Shown here: piece after piece, positions 1 to 9,720 of the stretch
Numbering within the stretch: position 1 is the first letter of the stretch
How the letters are laid out: each line of letters opens with the position of its first letter
Assembly: GCA_910578475.1 (NCBI GenBank)
Contig: CAJTRK010000008.1
Coordinates: 31,082-95,081 of the forward strand
Reading direction: 5' to 3'
Source of the DNA: an uncultured Lachnospiraceae bacterium
GTDB lineage: Bacteria; Bacillota; Clostridia; Lachnospirales; Lachnospiraceae
DNA: 64,000 nt
Notes under the pieces: model-generated
Database searches by the model: none
Told to the model about the DNA's origin: nothing
The model's input: only the letters and a program-made list of their open reading frames with translations
Program-made: the position numbers and the translations under genes

Positions 1-1
1 G

Positions 2-688
2 CTCGTAAGCGGCAAAATAGGTTCGGAAACCTTCGTCGGCGCGGAAGTGCGGTATCAGGGCATTCCTTACTACATGGAGCAGATGAATGAGTGGATTCGG
101 GACTTTGCGAAAGCAATCAACGATATTTTTACTGCGGGCGTTACCGCGGACGGCGAAGATGCAGGCATTCTTCTGACGGGTAATCTTTTGACGGAAAAAG
201 GTCAGTATACGGAAGGCTGGCTGGATGGCGTTACAAGAAACGATAAGGGAAAAGTAAACGACAAAGGTTATTATCATATTACGGCAGGAAATTTTGCGGT
301 AGCCGATGAGATTATGAAAGACGCTTCCAAACTCGGAACGAGATTTGACCCGACGGCCGGACAGGAAGAGTGCGAGCAGATTAAGAAAGTCATTTCCATG
401 ATAAATGATAAAAACCAGTTCAGTTTCCGCGGAAGAAATGCGGGCGGATTCCTGGAATGTGTGCTTTCGGACGCTGCATTGTCCGGAGAGAATGCGGAAA
501 CATTCTATACAACATATTTGAGTCTGGAAATGAGCATCGATAATCAGAGAATTTCCATTTCCGGCGTAGATGAGGATGAAGAGGCGGTCAGCCTTGTAAA
601 ATATCAAAATTCTTATACGCTGGCTTCCAAGATGATTTCCACATTGACGGAAGTGTACGACCGGCTGATTTTGCAGACTGGCGTTTAA
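2..688 (+). CDS. flgK: Flagellar hook-associated protein 1 (FlgK), C-terminal part; the 5-prime end lies upstream of the window
   Basis: The frame is open from base 2 with no stop; the track ORF starts at an internal GTG at 47. The C-terminus SLVKYQNSYTLASKMISTLTEVYDRLILQTGV is the conserved FlgK C-terminal helix. It is followed by flgL-fliW-csrA, as in Firmicutes. Confidence 0.8.
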   Translation, partial: LVSGKIGSETFVGAEVRYQGIPYYMEQMNEWIRDFAKAINDIFTAGVTADGEDAGILLTGNLLTEKGQYTEGWLDGVTRNDKGKVNDKGYYHITAGNFAVADEIMKDASKLGTRFDPTAGQEECEQIKKVISMINDKNQFSFRGRNAGGFLECVLSDAALSGENAETFYTTYLSLEMSIDNQRISISGVDEDEEAVSLVKYQNSYTLASKMISTLTEVYDRLILQTGV

Positions 689-761
689 GGCATAGTATGA
701 AGAGAAGTTCTAAAGCTCACGCCAGAGACATGGCGGTATAGTAAGAAAGGGATGGCGGAAT

Positions 762-2489
762 ATGAGAATCACAAACAGAATCATGCGGAATAACTCGTTG
801 TACAATATTAATCAGAATAAAATTCTGGAAGATAAGCTGAGCAATCAGATGACGAACCAAAGTAAAATTACAAGACCTTCCGACGACCCGGTCGTAGCAA
901 TCAGAGCGCTGCGTCTTCGTACGAATGTGACGATGGTGTCACAGTATTATGATAAGAATACGGAAGATGCGGACAGCTGGCTCTCCATTACGGGAGACGC
1001 GCTGAAAACGGTGAACGAGGTTTTGGAAGATATTTATGAGCAGGCCGAGACGGCTTCCAAGAAAAATTTCACGGCGGCGGATTTGGATATCGTGCTGACA
1101 CAGATGAATGCGCTTGCAAAAGAGTTTTATGCGAGCGGTAATGTTGACTATGCGGGACGTTATGTTTTTTCAGGATACAGAACGGATACGCCGATTACGT
1201 TTACCGAAGAGAATATCAAGGAATTTAATCAGGACCCCGATAACAGAAAAAGCTTTATCATTTCTGAAAGCCGGGGATATGGAGATATCAGCAGTATCAG
1301 TTATACGGACTGGCAGGGTGGAAACGGCGTAAAGGAAGACGAGACGCAGATTAAGAATACGACGTTGTACCGGTTCCGGTTATCCTATGACGATTTGGAT
1401 TTTGATGAGAACGTTACTTCTATTAAGCGGCAGCCGGATGGCAGCATGCAGGCTTTTGACAAAAACGGAAATCCTGTTCCGAACAATGCCTTTCAGTTCG
1501 ACATGACGGGCGTGGATGAACTGACCATTTATGAGGATGCGGAAAGCGCTTACAAAGATATTGCGGCGGATACGACCGGAACGAAGGTCGCATACATCCC
1601 GTCCACTGGGGAAATTGTTTTCGGAGAAGCATACTATAATGACCCGGTAAAAGTCAATGAAGGTATGCAGGTTAACGTGAAATACTCCAAGAGCACCTGG
1701 GAGGAAGGGGATATCAATCCGGTTCATTACTTCCACTGTATCGAAAGCGATGAGCAGAACATCGGCAAGGCGATGTCGCTGGAAACAGCCAAATCGACGC
1801 TGGAAAAGGCGCAGTCAGATTTGAAGCTGGTAGAGGCGGATAAGAACGCGACACAGGCGCAGCTCGATGCGGCGCGTCAGGCGGTAGAAGTCGCACAGGA
1901 AGCGGTAGACGATATTATGGGAAGAGTCATCGAGTATAATGCCGATGGCAAAGACCAGGATATTTATTATGCGATGGGCTTTAATCAGGACATTCAGGTA
2001 AATACCCATGCCAAAGAGGTTTTCACACATGATGTCAGAAGGGATATAGATGATTTCGAGATTTATCTGAAGCAGCTCAAAGATGTGGAAGCGGTAAAAG
2101 CGGATATTGAAAAGAAGATGAAAGAACACCCGGAAGATTCTGCGGAATATAAAGATTTACAGTTACAGATGGATGCAGCCGACAAAGCCTATACCTATAT
2201 CAGGGACAACGTGCAGAAAAAATTTGAAAATCAGCTGACAAAATGCCAGAATTATATTGATAAAACCAATGTGGCAGTAACGGAGAACGGTACGAGAGGA
2301 AGCCGTCTGGATTTGATTAAAAACAGACTGATGGGCCAGAAAGCTACTTTCAAAGACTTGCAGAGCAGCAACGAAGATGTGGATGTGACGGAAGTAGCCG
2401 TGCAGTTAAAGAGTTCGAAACTCACCTATGAAGCGGCGCTCGCGGCCACCAGCAAGATTATGCAGACAAACCTGATGAATTATATCTGA
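762..2489 (+). CDS. flgL: Flagellar hook-associated protein 3 (FlgL), unusually long at 575 aa
   Basis: The N-terminus MRITNRIM...ITRPSDDPVVAIRALRLR and the C-terminus VAVQLKSSKLTYEAALAATSKIMQTNLMNYI are flagellin-superfamily terminal helices. The gene sits directly after flgK. Confidence 0.85.
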   Translation: MRITNRIMRNNSLYNINQNKILEDKLSNQMTNQSKITRPSDDPVVAIRALRLRTNVTMVSQYYDKNTEDADSWLSITGDALKTVNEVLEDIYEQAETASKKNFTAADLDIVLTQMNALAKEFYASGNVDYAGRYVFSGYRTDTPITFTEENIKEFNQDPDNRKSFIISESRGYGDISSISYTDWQGGNGVKEDETQIKNTTLYRFRLSYDDLDFDENVTSIKRQPDGSMQAFDKNGNPVPNNAFQFDMTGVDELTIYEDAESAYKDIAADTTGTKVAYIPSTGEIVFGEAYYNDPVKVNEGMQVNVKYSKSTWEEGDINPVHYFHCIESDEQNIGKAMSLETAKSTLEKAQSDLKLVEADKNATQAQLDAARQAVEVAQEAVDDIMGRVIEYNADGKDQDIYYAMGFNQDIQVNTHAKEVFTHDVRRDIDDFEIYLKQLKDVEAVKADIEKKMKEHPEDSAEYKDLQLQMDAADKAYTYIRDNVQKKFENQLTKCQNYIDKTNVAVTENGTRGSRLDLIKNRLMGQKATFKDLQSSNEDVDVTEVAVQLKSSKLTYEAALAATSKIMQTNLMNYI

Positions 2490-2506
2490 TAGGAGAGGGA
2501 AAACTT

Positions 2507-2968
2507 ATGACGATAATGACAAAGGTGTTCGGCGAGATTACGATAGATGACGACAGGATTATCACATTTTCCAAAGGGATTGTGGGATTTCCGGAGCTGA
2601 CGCAGTTTGCATTGCTTCATGATTCGGAAAAAGGAACGGATTCCATTCATTGGCTGCAATCCATACAGGAGCCTGCGTTTGCGATGCCGGTTATGGACCC
2701 GCTTCGCGTATGCCCGGATTACAACCCGGAAGTCGATGACGAAATTTTGAGAAATCTTGGAGAATTGAACCCGGACGATATGCTTGTGCTTGTCACGATG
2801 ACTGTCCCGAAAGAGATTGAAAAAATGTCCGTCAACCTGAAAGGACCCGTTATTATTAACGCGACACGCAAAACGGCGATACAGGTCATTGTGGAAGGCG
2901 ATAATTATCCGGTTAAATTCCCGATATATGATATTTTTAATGAAAATAAAAAGAAAGCGGGTGAGTAG
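2507..2968 (+). CDS. fliW: Flagellar assembly factor FliW
   Basis: FGEITIDDDRIITFSKGIVGFPELTQFALL is a typical FliW N-terminus. Its stop abuts the csrA start (2968/2969). Confidence 0.9.
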   Translation: MTIMTKVFGEITIDDDRIITFSKGIVGFPELTQFALLHDSEKGTDSIHWLQSIQEPAFAMPVMDPLRVCPDYNPEVDDEILRNLGELNPDDMLVLVTMTVPKEIEKMSVNLKGPVIINATRKTAIQVIVEGDNYPVKFPIYDIFNENKKKAGE

Positions 2969-3187
2969 ATGTTAGCTTTATCCAGAAAAAAGAGCGAAGC
3001 GCTGATTATCAATAATAATATTGAAATTACAGTGCTTGAGATTAAAGGAGAACAGGTGAAGCTAGGCATCAGCGCACCGAAAGAAGTGCCCGTATACCGG
3101 AAAGAGGTTTATATGCAGATTCAGGATTCCAATCAGGAAGCGATAAATACGGACGGGCTGGAAGCTTTGCAGAATTTGCTGAGGTAG
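2969..3187 (+). CDS. csrA: Carbon storage regulator CsrA (flagellar type)
   Basis: The 72-aa product MLALSRKKSEALIINNNIEITVLEIKGEQVKLGISAPKEVPVYRKEVY is near-canonical CsrA. It is paired with fliW. Confidence 0.95.
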   Translation: MLALSRKKSEALIINNNIEITVLEIKGEQVKLGISAPKEVPVYRKEVYMQIQDSNQEAINTDGLEALQNLLR

Positions 3188-3202
3188 GTATGGAGAGCTG
3201 AA

Positions 3203-4198
3203 ATGAAGGATAAAATATCAGTCATCGTTCCGTGCTATCGTGTGGAAAACTATATTGACCGATGTCTTGACAGTCTGAAAACACAGACCTATGGCATGGA
3301 AAATCTGGAAATTATTCTGATAGATGATGCTTCCGAAGACGATACCCGTCGCCGACTGCTCCAATTTGAAGAAGAGCATTCCGAAAACGTGCTGGTAATT
3401 GCCTGTGAAGACAATGCCGGTCCCGGAACGACGAGAAACCTGGGCCTGAACTATGCCACAGGCGAATATATTGCCTTTGTTGACGCCGATGATATCGTGG
3501 ATAAATCCATGTTCGAGAGAATGCACGGCGTAATGAAGGAATTTGGGGTCGATATGGCAGAGTGCGGTTACAGAACCTTTTTCGACGGGGAAGAACTTTC
3601 CGTGGAAAAAAGAGACGACGACCGTCTGATGCGGATACAGACGCCGGAAGACAGGAGCCGTTTTATTTTGAACTCTTTCAGAACGGCGGTATGGGGCCGG
3701 CTCTATCAAAGAAGATTTCTGGAAGATAACGCACTGTTTTTTCCGGAAAATATGAATTATGGTGAGGACAATTTGTTTTCAGGACTTGCAATGCTACTTT
3801 GCGGGTCCTGTTATCATATTGGAGACACGCTGTATTATTATTACCAGAATGCGGAAGGACTCATCCGAAAACGAAATGACAGCGGAAGAATCAGACAGCT
3901 TGCGGACATTATGGAGCTGTATCTGACAGAGCTTGACGCAAGAGGTTTTTTGGACGGGGCTATGGCAGGATATGGGGTCGCGTTTGAGTGGTATATGATT
4001 TATAAATATTTCATGGACCCTGTCAGTTTTATAATTTCCAGACAAATTCCGGACTGGAAGGAGCAGGTCGGCTTTTTCCGGGGGAAACTCCTGAAGTATT
4101 TTCCAGATGCAGGTCGAAATCCATACCTTACCCGTGATAAAAGATGGAACGATTATGTCTTATTATTAAATGATGACAAATTTTCAGGAACCACTTAA
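3203..4198 (+). CDS. Family-2 (GT-A) glycosyltransferase
   Basis: ISVIVPCYRVENYIDRCLDSL, IILIDDASEDDT and FVDADD are GT2 signatures. It starts 15 nt after the csrA stop, so it is probably co-transcribed with the flagellar genes. Confidence 0.8.
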   Translation: MKDKISVIVPCYRVENYIDRCLDSLKTQTYGMENLEIILIDDASEDDTRRRLLQFEEEHSENVLVIACEDNAGPGTTRNLGLNYATGEYIAFVDADDIVDKSMFERMHGVMKEFGVDMAECGYRTFFDGEELSVEKRDDDRLMRIQTPEDRSRFILNSFRTAVWGRLYQRRFLEDNALFFPENMNYGEDNLFSGLAMLLCGSCYHIGDTLYYYYQNAEGLIRKRNDSGRIRQLADIMELYLTELDARGFLDGAMAGYGVAFEWYMIYKYFMDPVSFIISRQIPDWKEQVGFFRGKLLKYFPDAGRNPYLTRDKRWNDYVLLLNDDKFSGTT

Positions 4199-5371
4199 AA
4201 TTCGTATCATTTCCGCAAGACGCATTTCGTAGGTATGGTATCTGGCCGTTTTTTCATAGCCGTTCAGGGCGATTTCCAGCCGTTCCGCTTCATGATGCAG
4301 ATAATAATCCGCCTTTTGCATCAAATCTTCCATATTCTCGTACACTTCCAGGTCCTTTCCGATTTCAAAATATTCCGGAATTTCCGCCTGATAGTTTGTC
4401 AGCAGGAAACCGCCGCAGCCAAGCACATCCCAGATGCGAAGAGAAAGCCCGGTTTCGATTGGGCGCATTGTGATATTCAGGTTGATTTTGGACGCCTGAA
4501 ATATTTTGGGCATTTCCGTAAGCGTGCCTGCGCCGCCTTTTACATGGACACGCGGCAGCGAAGAGGCGTCGCTGCGGGTATAGAGCGAAACATGGAAGCG
4601 TTCGGAAAGGGCGGAAAGGACGGAGATTCTTTCTGCGTTTGCAAGTTTCATGCCGATATACTGATGCGCCACAAGATAGCGGTCCGTGTCAAGAAAAACA
4701 TCCTGCCCGCGGTAAAAGGCGGGGTCGGCGGCGGCAATCTCGCGGATGACTTCTTCGGAGAGCGTATCGTAGATGAAGTTATAGCCGAAGACTTTCTGCT
4801 GTGCCTGTATCAGCCCGTTTACATAGCCCTGCGTATAGGAAGAGAGCAGATTATCCGCCAATAGTCTGTCATAGCGGCTTTTTTCGGAATAAAGGGAACC
4901 GACAAAAGAAATGTCGCCGCCGTACTTTCGATAATCTTCCTCTGTCATGTCCATAATGACTTTTTCCCACCGTCTGACGTTCGTAGCCAGCGGAAGATAG
5001 AAGATATGCTCCGGATTATAGGGATGGAAAAAAGCATACTGCGCCCGGTCAAACAGAAAAATCCGGTTCCATTCGTTTTTCAGCGCGTTGGAAAAGAGTT
5101 CCGCAACGGGGCTGTCCACACTCCAGCAGACATAGGGAACTTTGAAATGATTACATGTATAGGAAATGGCCGGATAAAAATTCACACTGAACACAAAAGA
5201 AAGTTCGTGGGAAAGGAGCCATTCGGTTATCTTGGCACTGCAGCGGGAAGGAGAGACCTGTTTGTCCGTCATTTCCATTTTTTCCTGATGAACGGTGATG
5301 CCGAATGATTCAAATGCCTGTATGATATCCGGTTCACAGATGCTGTTGTACCGGTAAATGAGGATTTCCAT
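4184..5371 (-). CDS. CgeB-like / DUF3880-type GT-B glycosyltransferase (paralogue of 15143..16312)
   Basis: The 395-aa product has C-terminal GCGGFLLTNYQAEIPEYFEIGKDLEVYEN, resembling the CgeB-type Glyco_trans_1_2 domain. It aligns by eye along its full length with the 15143..16312 product. Its 3-prime end overlaps the convergent GT2 gene by 15 nt. Confidence 0.55.
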   Translation of the reverse strand: MEILIYRYNSICEPDIIQAFESFGITVHQEKMEMTDKQVSPSRCSAKITEWLLSHELSFVFSVNFYPAISYTCNHFKVPYVCWSVDSPVAELFSNALKNEWNRIFLFDRAQYAFFHPYNPEHIFYLPLATNVRRWEKVIMDMTEEDYRKYGGDISFVGSLYSEKSRYDRLLADNLLSSYTQGYVNGLIQAQQKVFGYNFIYDTLSEEVIREIAAADPAFYRGQDVFLDTDRYLVAHQYIGMKLANAERISVLSALSERFHVSLYTRSDASSLPRVHVKGGAGTLTEMPKIFQASKINLNITMRPIETGLSLRIWDVLGCGGFLLTNYQAEIPEYFEIGKDLEVYENMEDLMQKADYYLHHEAERLEIALNGYEKTARYHTYEMRLAEMIRILSGS

Positions 5372-5545
5372 AAATTTTTTGCCCCTTCCTGCCTCTTTTA
5401 TGTTATAATAAACACGGATTCAGCCGTCTGTGTTCTGGCATTGCAAGAGATTACAGCGGCTGTATTACCATATTTATATAAGAATACATAAGAACAGTGT
5501 AATGGAAAAAGAGAAAAGTTCCAAGAGAAATTTCCGAAAGAAATA

Positions 5546-5572
5546 TAAATTATTGTCATGATGTTCCGATAT
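5546..5572 (+). promoter_or_regulatory. Sigma-D (sigma-28)-type promoter for flaG-fliD-fliS
   Basis: TAAA (5546-5549), a 15-nt spacer, then TCCGATAT (5565-5572). The Bacillus sigma-D consensus is TAAA-N15-GCCGATAT. The site lies about 110 nt upstream of the flaG ATG and has the same architecture as the flagellin promoter. Confidence 0.7.
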
Positions 5573-5683
5573 ATACAACAAGGGACTATCTTTGCATATT
5601 TTTCATGCAAAACAGTCAGGACGATTCTAAAAGATTCAAAAATAAGGGATGATTTACAAACTATCACACGGAGGTGATTCAAA

Positions 5684-6151
5684 ATGGCACTCGAACCATT
5701 AAACAGCGTTATGACTTTTCAGGCACAGGATACAGTGAAGCCGAAAGTCCAGTCTGTGCAGCCGGCTGACATGGAAGTTTCTCCGGCAGACCAGACAGTC
5801 AGGGTGGATGCCACGACGGCTTCTGTCGTAAAGACGCAGTCGGAAGACGAAGAAGCGAGAGGCGGAAACAGCAAAGATAAGGATGCAAACGGGAATTCCA
5901 GGCAGGCGCTGAATTCTCAGCAGGCTATGGCATCTGAACCTTTGAAAAAAGCAATAGCGGAAATGAACCGTAAAATCAACAGCAAAGAAGAAGCAGTTTT
6001 CGGTGTCCACGAAGACACGAACAGAATCATGATTAAAATCGTGAACAAGGACACGAAGGAAATTGTCAAGGAATTCCCGCCGGAAAAGACACTCGATATG
6101 ATTGCGAAGGTCTGGGAAATCGCGGGGATTCTTGTAGATGAGAAGAGATAG
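5684..6151 (+). CDS. flaG: Flagellar protein FlaG
   Basis: The C-terminal VFGVHEDTNRIMIKIVNKDTKEIVKEFPPEKTLDMIAKVWE matches the FlaG family. GGAGG lies upstream of the ATG. The gene precedes fliD-fliS. Confidence 0.85.
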   Translation: MALEPLNSVMTFQAQDTVKPKVQSVQPADMEVSPADQTVRVDATTASVVKTQSEDEEARGGNSKDKDANGNSRQALNSQQAMASEPLKKAIAEMNRKINSKEEAVFGVHEDTNRIMIKIVNKDTKEIVKEFPPEKTLDMIAKVWEIAGILVDEKR

Positions 6152-6162
6152 GAGGAAGACAG

Positions 6163-8586
6163 ATGTCTATTAGAATTACAGGAATGTTCTCAGGACTCGA
6201 TACGGAGAGCATTATTTCCGAACTGGTATCGGCGCAGAGCGTTAAGAAAAATTCGCTCGTGAAAGCGCAGACGAAACTGAGCTGGAAGCAGGACGCATGG
6301 AAAGCGTTAAATACGAAAATTTACAATTTCTATACGAACACGCTCAGCGATATGCGTTATCAGAGTTCCTATTTGAAGAAAATCACGAAAGTATCCAATA
6401 CGAACGCAATCAGTGTTATTACGGGCGATAATGCGGTCGACGGTGTAAGAAGCGTGAAGGTTAATCAGCTTGCCAAAGGCGGAAGACTGACCGGAAGCAG
6501 CCTGTCTACGAAGAGCGGGGTTCATTTCAGCGGCGCCGCAAGTCTGGCACAGCTTCGTAAACACAGAGGCGGGGAAGTACTGGGAACAGGTTCCGATTCC
6601 GCATCTTTGTCCGGAAGTTTCCGGGTTGTCGGCGCGCAGGGACAGTATGTGGATTTCAGCATCAATGAGAACACGACGATTGACGATGTTGTCGGCATGA
6701 TAAAGAGCACGGGACTGAATGCGAATTATGACCAGGAAAGTCAGAGAATTTTTATCAGTTCCAAGAATACCGGCGCAGCCAATAACTTTAACCTGATAGC
6801 CGGTGACGAGGGCGGTATGAATGCACTGGCGCTTCTCGGCCTGCTGTCAAAGGACGATATTGTCAGCGCTGACCCGAGCAATCCGACGCAGACGGAAATC
6901 TGGGCCGGTTATAAAGATGACCAGGAAGCATACAATAAGCTGATTGCCGATGAAATCGCAAAACGCCAGGCGGCTTATGCTGAGGCGAACAAAAAGCTGG
7001 AAGCGGAAAATGAAGCGCTCAATAAGAAAAATGAAGCGTTGGATGAGGCCAATACGAAATTCTTCGGTGAGATGGATGATACGGATTATCTGGCGTCTGA
7101 ATTCAGCGCGAAGTTTGGCGAGTCATTGTCCGGCTATATGGATAAATTATATGGTGACGGCGGTCTTTATGACGAGATGCAGGCGGCCAAAAAGCAGCTG
7201 GAGGAAGCGAAGAATAATTCTGCTCTCACAGATGCCGATAAGGAGCAGCTCCAGAAGCGGTATGACGAAAAGAAAGCGGCATACGACGAGGCGGAGAAAA
7301 AAGTCACCGATTTCATGGAAGATATCTCTTACGGCCCGTTAGTGGAGAAAAAAGATGAAGACGGCAATACCGTTTACGACGATGAAGGTAAGCCGGTTAT
7401 GGTTCGTGAGGGCGGTCTGAAAAAGGAATATGAAGATGCGGTCAAGAACGGAACGGTAGACGATGCGCTCAAGGCAAAAGTAGATTCTGTCAATAAATGG
7501 TATGATGCGGCTGTTTCCCTGAAGGAGAATAAGGACGCGATTGTAGCAAACGAAGCGGTGATTGCCAGAAACGAGGCGCAAATCAAGGATAATGCCCAGT
7601 ATCTCGATAACGGCAAGGATGATGTTGATAACATCGCAATGTCTCCGATAGAGGCGCAGGTAAGGGGAGAATTTGACGCAAGAGTACAGACTGCGATAGA
7701 TACTTTGGCGGCGGTAAACGACGAGACTAAGGCAGGGATGTTCGGAGCCAGCAAAGTCAATGCGCAGGATGCGGAAATAGAGATTGACGGCGCTACGTTT
7801 ACATCCATGACGAATACGTTCAGCGTTAACGGTCTGACCCTGACGGCGCAGGAAGTAACGGACAAAGAAATTACGATGACGACCTCGACGGATACAGACG
7901 GTATCTACGGCATGATAAAGAATTTCTTTACCGAATACAATAAGCTTATCAATGAGATGGATTCTTTGTACAATGCGGAATCTTCAAAGGGATATGATCC
8001 GCTTCTTACTGAAGAAAAAGAGGCTCTGAGCGAAGGTGAAATCGAAGAGTGGGAGAAGAAAATCAAAGATTCTCTGCTTCGGAGAGACAGTACGTTAAGT
8101 TCGGTATCATTCAGCATGGTGTCTGTGATGCTGCAGGGTGCGGAAGTAAACGGTCAGAAAATGTATCTGTCGGACTTCGGTATTAACACGCTCGGATATT
8201 TTAAATCGAAGGATAACGAGAAGAATGCTTACCATATCGACGGTGACCCGGATGATGCGACGACGAAGGCAAACGAAGATAAGTTAAAGAAGATGATTGC
8301 TTCTGACCCGAATACGGTTATGGATTTCTTTACGAAGCTGTCTACCAATCTGTATGACGATTTGACAAAGAAACTGGCGGGAACCACGCTCAGCAGCGCG
8401 ATGACCGTATATAACGATAAGGTTATGAAGGAAGAGTATGATGATTATACCAGCAGAATCAAGAAAGAAGAAGATAAGCTGAATGCGATGATGGACAAAT
8501 GGTATAAAAAGTTTTCCCAGATGGAAGTTGCGATGTCCAAACTGGAATCCAGAAGCAGCTCGCTCGCAAGTATACTTGGCGGCTGA
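6163..8586 (+). CDS. fliD: Flagellar filament cap protein FliD (807 aa, with a long central K/E/A-rich insert)
   Basis: The N-terminus MSIRITGMFSGLDTESIISELVSAQSVKKNSL...KQDAWKAL and the C-terminus KFSQMEVAMSKLESRSSSLASILGG are typical of FliD. Confidence 0.9.
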   Translation: MSIRITGMFSGLDTESIISELVSAQSVKKNSLVKAQTKLSWKQDAWKALNTKIYNFYTNTLSDMRYQSSYLKKITKVSNTNAISVITGDNAVDGVRSVKVNQLAKGGRLTGSSLSTKSGVHFSGAASLAQLRKHRGGEVLGTGSDSASLSGSFRVVGAQGQYVDFSINENTTIDDVVGMIKSTGLNANYDQESQRIFISSKNTGAANNFNLIAGDEGGMNALALLGLLSKDDIVSADPSNPTQTEIWAGYKDDQEAYNKLIADEIAKRQAAYAEANKKLEAENEALNKKNEALDEANTKFFGEMDDTDYLASEFSAKFGESLSGYMDKLYGDGGLYDEMQAAKKQLEEAKNNSALTDADKEQLQKRYDEKKAAYDEAEKKVTDFMEDISYGPLVEKKDEDGNTVYDDEGKPVMVREGGLKKEYEDAVKNGTVDDALKAKVDSVNKWYDAAVSLKENKDAIVANEAVIARNEAQIKDNAQYLDNGKDDVDNIAMSPIEAQVRGEFDARVQTAIDTLAAVNDETKAGMFGASKVNAQDAEIEIDGATFTSMTNTFSVNGLTLTAQEVTDKEITMTTSTDTDGIYGMIKNFFTEYNKLINEMDSLYNAESSKGYDPLLTEEKEALSEGEIEEWEKKIKDSLLRRDSTLSSVSFSMVSVMLQGAEVNGQKMYLSDFGINTLGYFKSKDNEKNAYHIDGDPDDATTKANEDKLKKMIASDPNTVMDFFTKLSTNLYDDLTKKLAGTTLSSAMTVYNDKVMKEEYDDYTSRIKKEEDKLNAMMDKWYKKFSQMEVAMSKLESRSSSLASILGG

Positions 8587-8629
8587 TAACTGATAGTGGT
8601 ATGTGTTAAAATCAAGGAGGAGAATAACT

Positions 8630-9007
8630 ATGCCGGCACGCAACCCTTTTGCCGAATATGCAAACAATAAAATTTTAACCGCTTCACCGGCTGAAGTGAC
8701 GCTTATGCTTTATGAAGGTGCGATTAAATTCTGCAATATCGCGATTATAGCGATTGAGAACGGTGAAGTTGAGAAGGCGCACGTCAATATTAAAAAAACG
8801 CAGCGTATTATTGAAGAGTTTCGGAATACGTTAGACCGTCAGTACAAAGTTGCGGAAGATTTTGACAGAATATATGTGTATCTGCTTCAAAGGCTTCTGC
8901 AGGCCAATATCAAAAAGGATAAGGCGATACTGGAAGAAGTCAATATGCACCTGCGGAGCGTCAGGGATACATGGAAAGAGGTTATGAGACGTAACAGACA
9001 GGCGTAG
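8630..9007 (+). CDS. fliS: Flagellin-specific export chaperone FliS
   Basis: NPFAEYANNKILTASPAEVTLMLYEGAIKFCN is typical of FliS. The ATG at 8630 has AGGAGG about 10 nt upstream, so the track start at 8603 is less likely. Confidence 0.9.
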   Translation: MPARNPFAEYANNKILTASPAEVTLMLYEGAIKFCNIAIIAIENGEVEKAHVNIKKTQRIIEEFRNTLDRQYKVAEDFDRIYVYLLQRLLQANIKKDKAILEEVNMHLRSVRDTWKEVMRRNRQA

Positions 9008-9018
9008 AAAGGGAAGGC

Positions 9019-9495
9019 ATGAGTCAGAATATTGCACAGATTTTAATGCAGAGTCTTGAAAAAAAGAATCAGATACTGGATGATATTATCAGGGAAAATG
9101 CGTTGCAGGAAGAAATCTTAAAGCAGGATGAGCTCGATATGGACGCGCTGGATGCTTCCCTTAGCAGAATCGGCGAATACGCGGAGATGCTTGAGAAACT
9201 TGATGATGGTTTTGAAGCGGTCTATGATAAGGTTCGTACGGAAATTATGACGAACAAATCAAAATATCATGCGGAAATTACGCGGATGCAGAGCGATATT
9301 CAGCAGATTACCGATAAAGTCGTGAAAATCAATGCAGCCAGGATGCGCAATCAGATGCGGGCGGACGCGCAGTTCAAAAAGCAGGCGCAGGGCATCAAAA
9401 ACGCAATGTCTAAAACGAAGGTGAGCCGGAACTATTATAACAATATGAACAAACTCAATTATGTATCGCCTCAGTTTTACGACAGTAAAAAGTAG
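9019..9495 (+). CDS. Hypothetical coiled-coil protein in the slot downstream of fliS (possibly FliT-like or another export-chaperone-like protein)
   Basis: The 158-aa product is helical and rich in charged residues. B. subtilis has fliT in the same position. I recognise no diagnostic motif. Confidence 0.3.
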   Translation: MSQNIAQILMQSLEKKNQILDDIIRENALQEEILKQDELDMDALDASLSRIGEYAEMLEKLDDGFEAVYDKVRTEIMTNKSKYHAEITRMQSDIQQITDKVVKINAARMRNQMRADAQFKKQAQGIKNAMSKTKVSRNYYNNMNKLNYVSPQFYDSKK

Positions 9496-9502
9496 CGCTT
9501 TC

Positions 9503-9546
9503 GGGAAAAAAATCAAATTTTTTTGAAAAAAATTTGATTTTTGCCC
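9503..9546. repeat. A/T-only inverted repeat closed by GGG/CCC, abutting the flagellin promoter -35
   Basis: GGGAAAAAAATCAAATTTTTTT-G-AAAAAAATTTGATTTTTGCCC. The 17-bp arms are reverse complements. It sits between the stop at 9495 and the TAAA at 9547. Confidence 0.6.
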
Positions 9547-9573
9547 TAAAGTAAATCGGAGAAACTCCGATAT
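9547..9573 (+). promoter_or_regulatory. Sigma-D (sigma-28)-type promoter of the flagellin gene
   Basis: TAAA (9547-9550), a 15-nt spacer, then TCCGATAT (9566-9573). It leaves a leader of about 180 nt before the ATG at 9760. Confidence 0.8.
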
Positions 9574-9720
9574 ATAATACAAGTAAAGCAAGCTAATTAC
9601 TTACTTGACCAATGGTTACATTACAGCAATCGTTATTTTATAATGAAAGCCTTGTAACTGAGTAATGGGGCTGATGGCAGCGTACGAGCCGGAGGAACCA
9701 TTACAAGAAAAAAAAGATTG

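Noticed and set aside
5398-5682. A 94-aa minus-strand ORF between the CgeB-like gene and flaG.
   Set aside because: It occupies the AT-rich promoter region that contains the sigma-D promoter. It has no RBS and an implausible hydrophobic, low-complexity translation.
6944-7342. A 132-aa Lys/Arg-rich ORF in an alternative frame inside fliD.
   Set aside because: It is a by-product of the GAA/AAG/GCG-rich coding of the FliD coiled-coil insert. It has no RBS, and the FliD frame is continuous and conserved at both ends.
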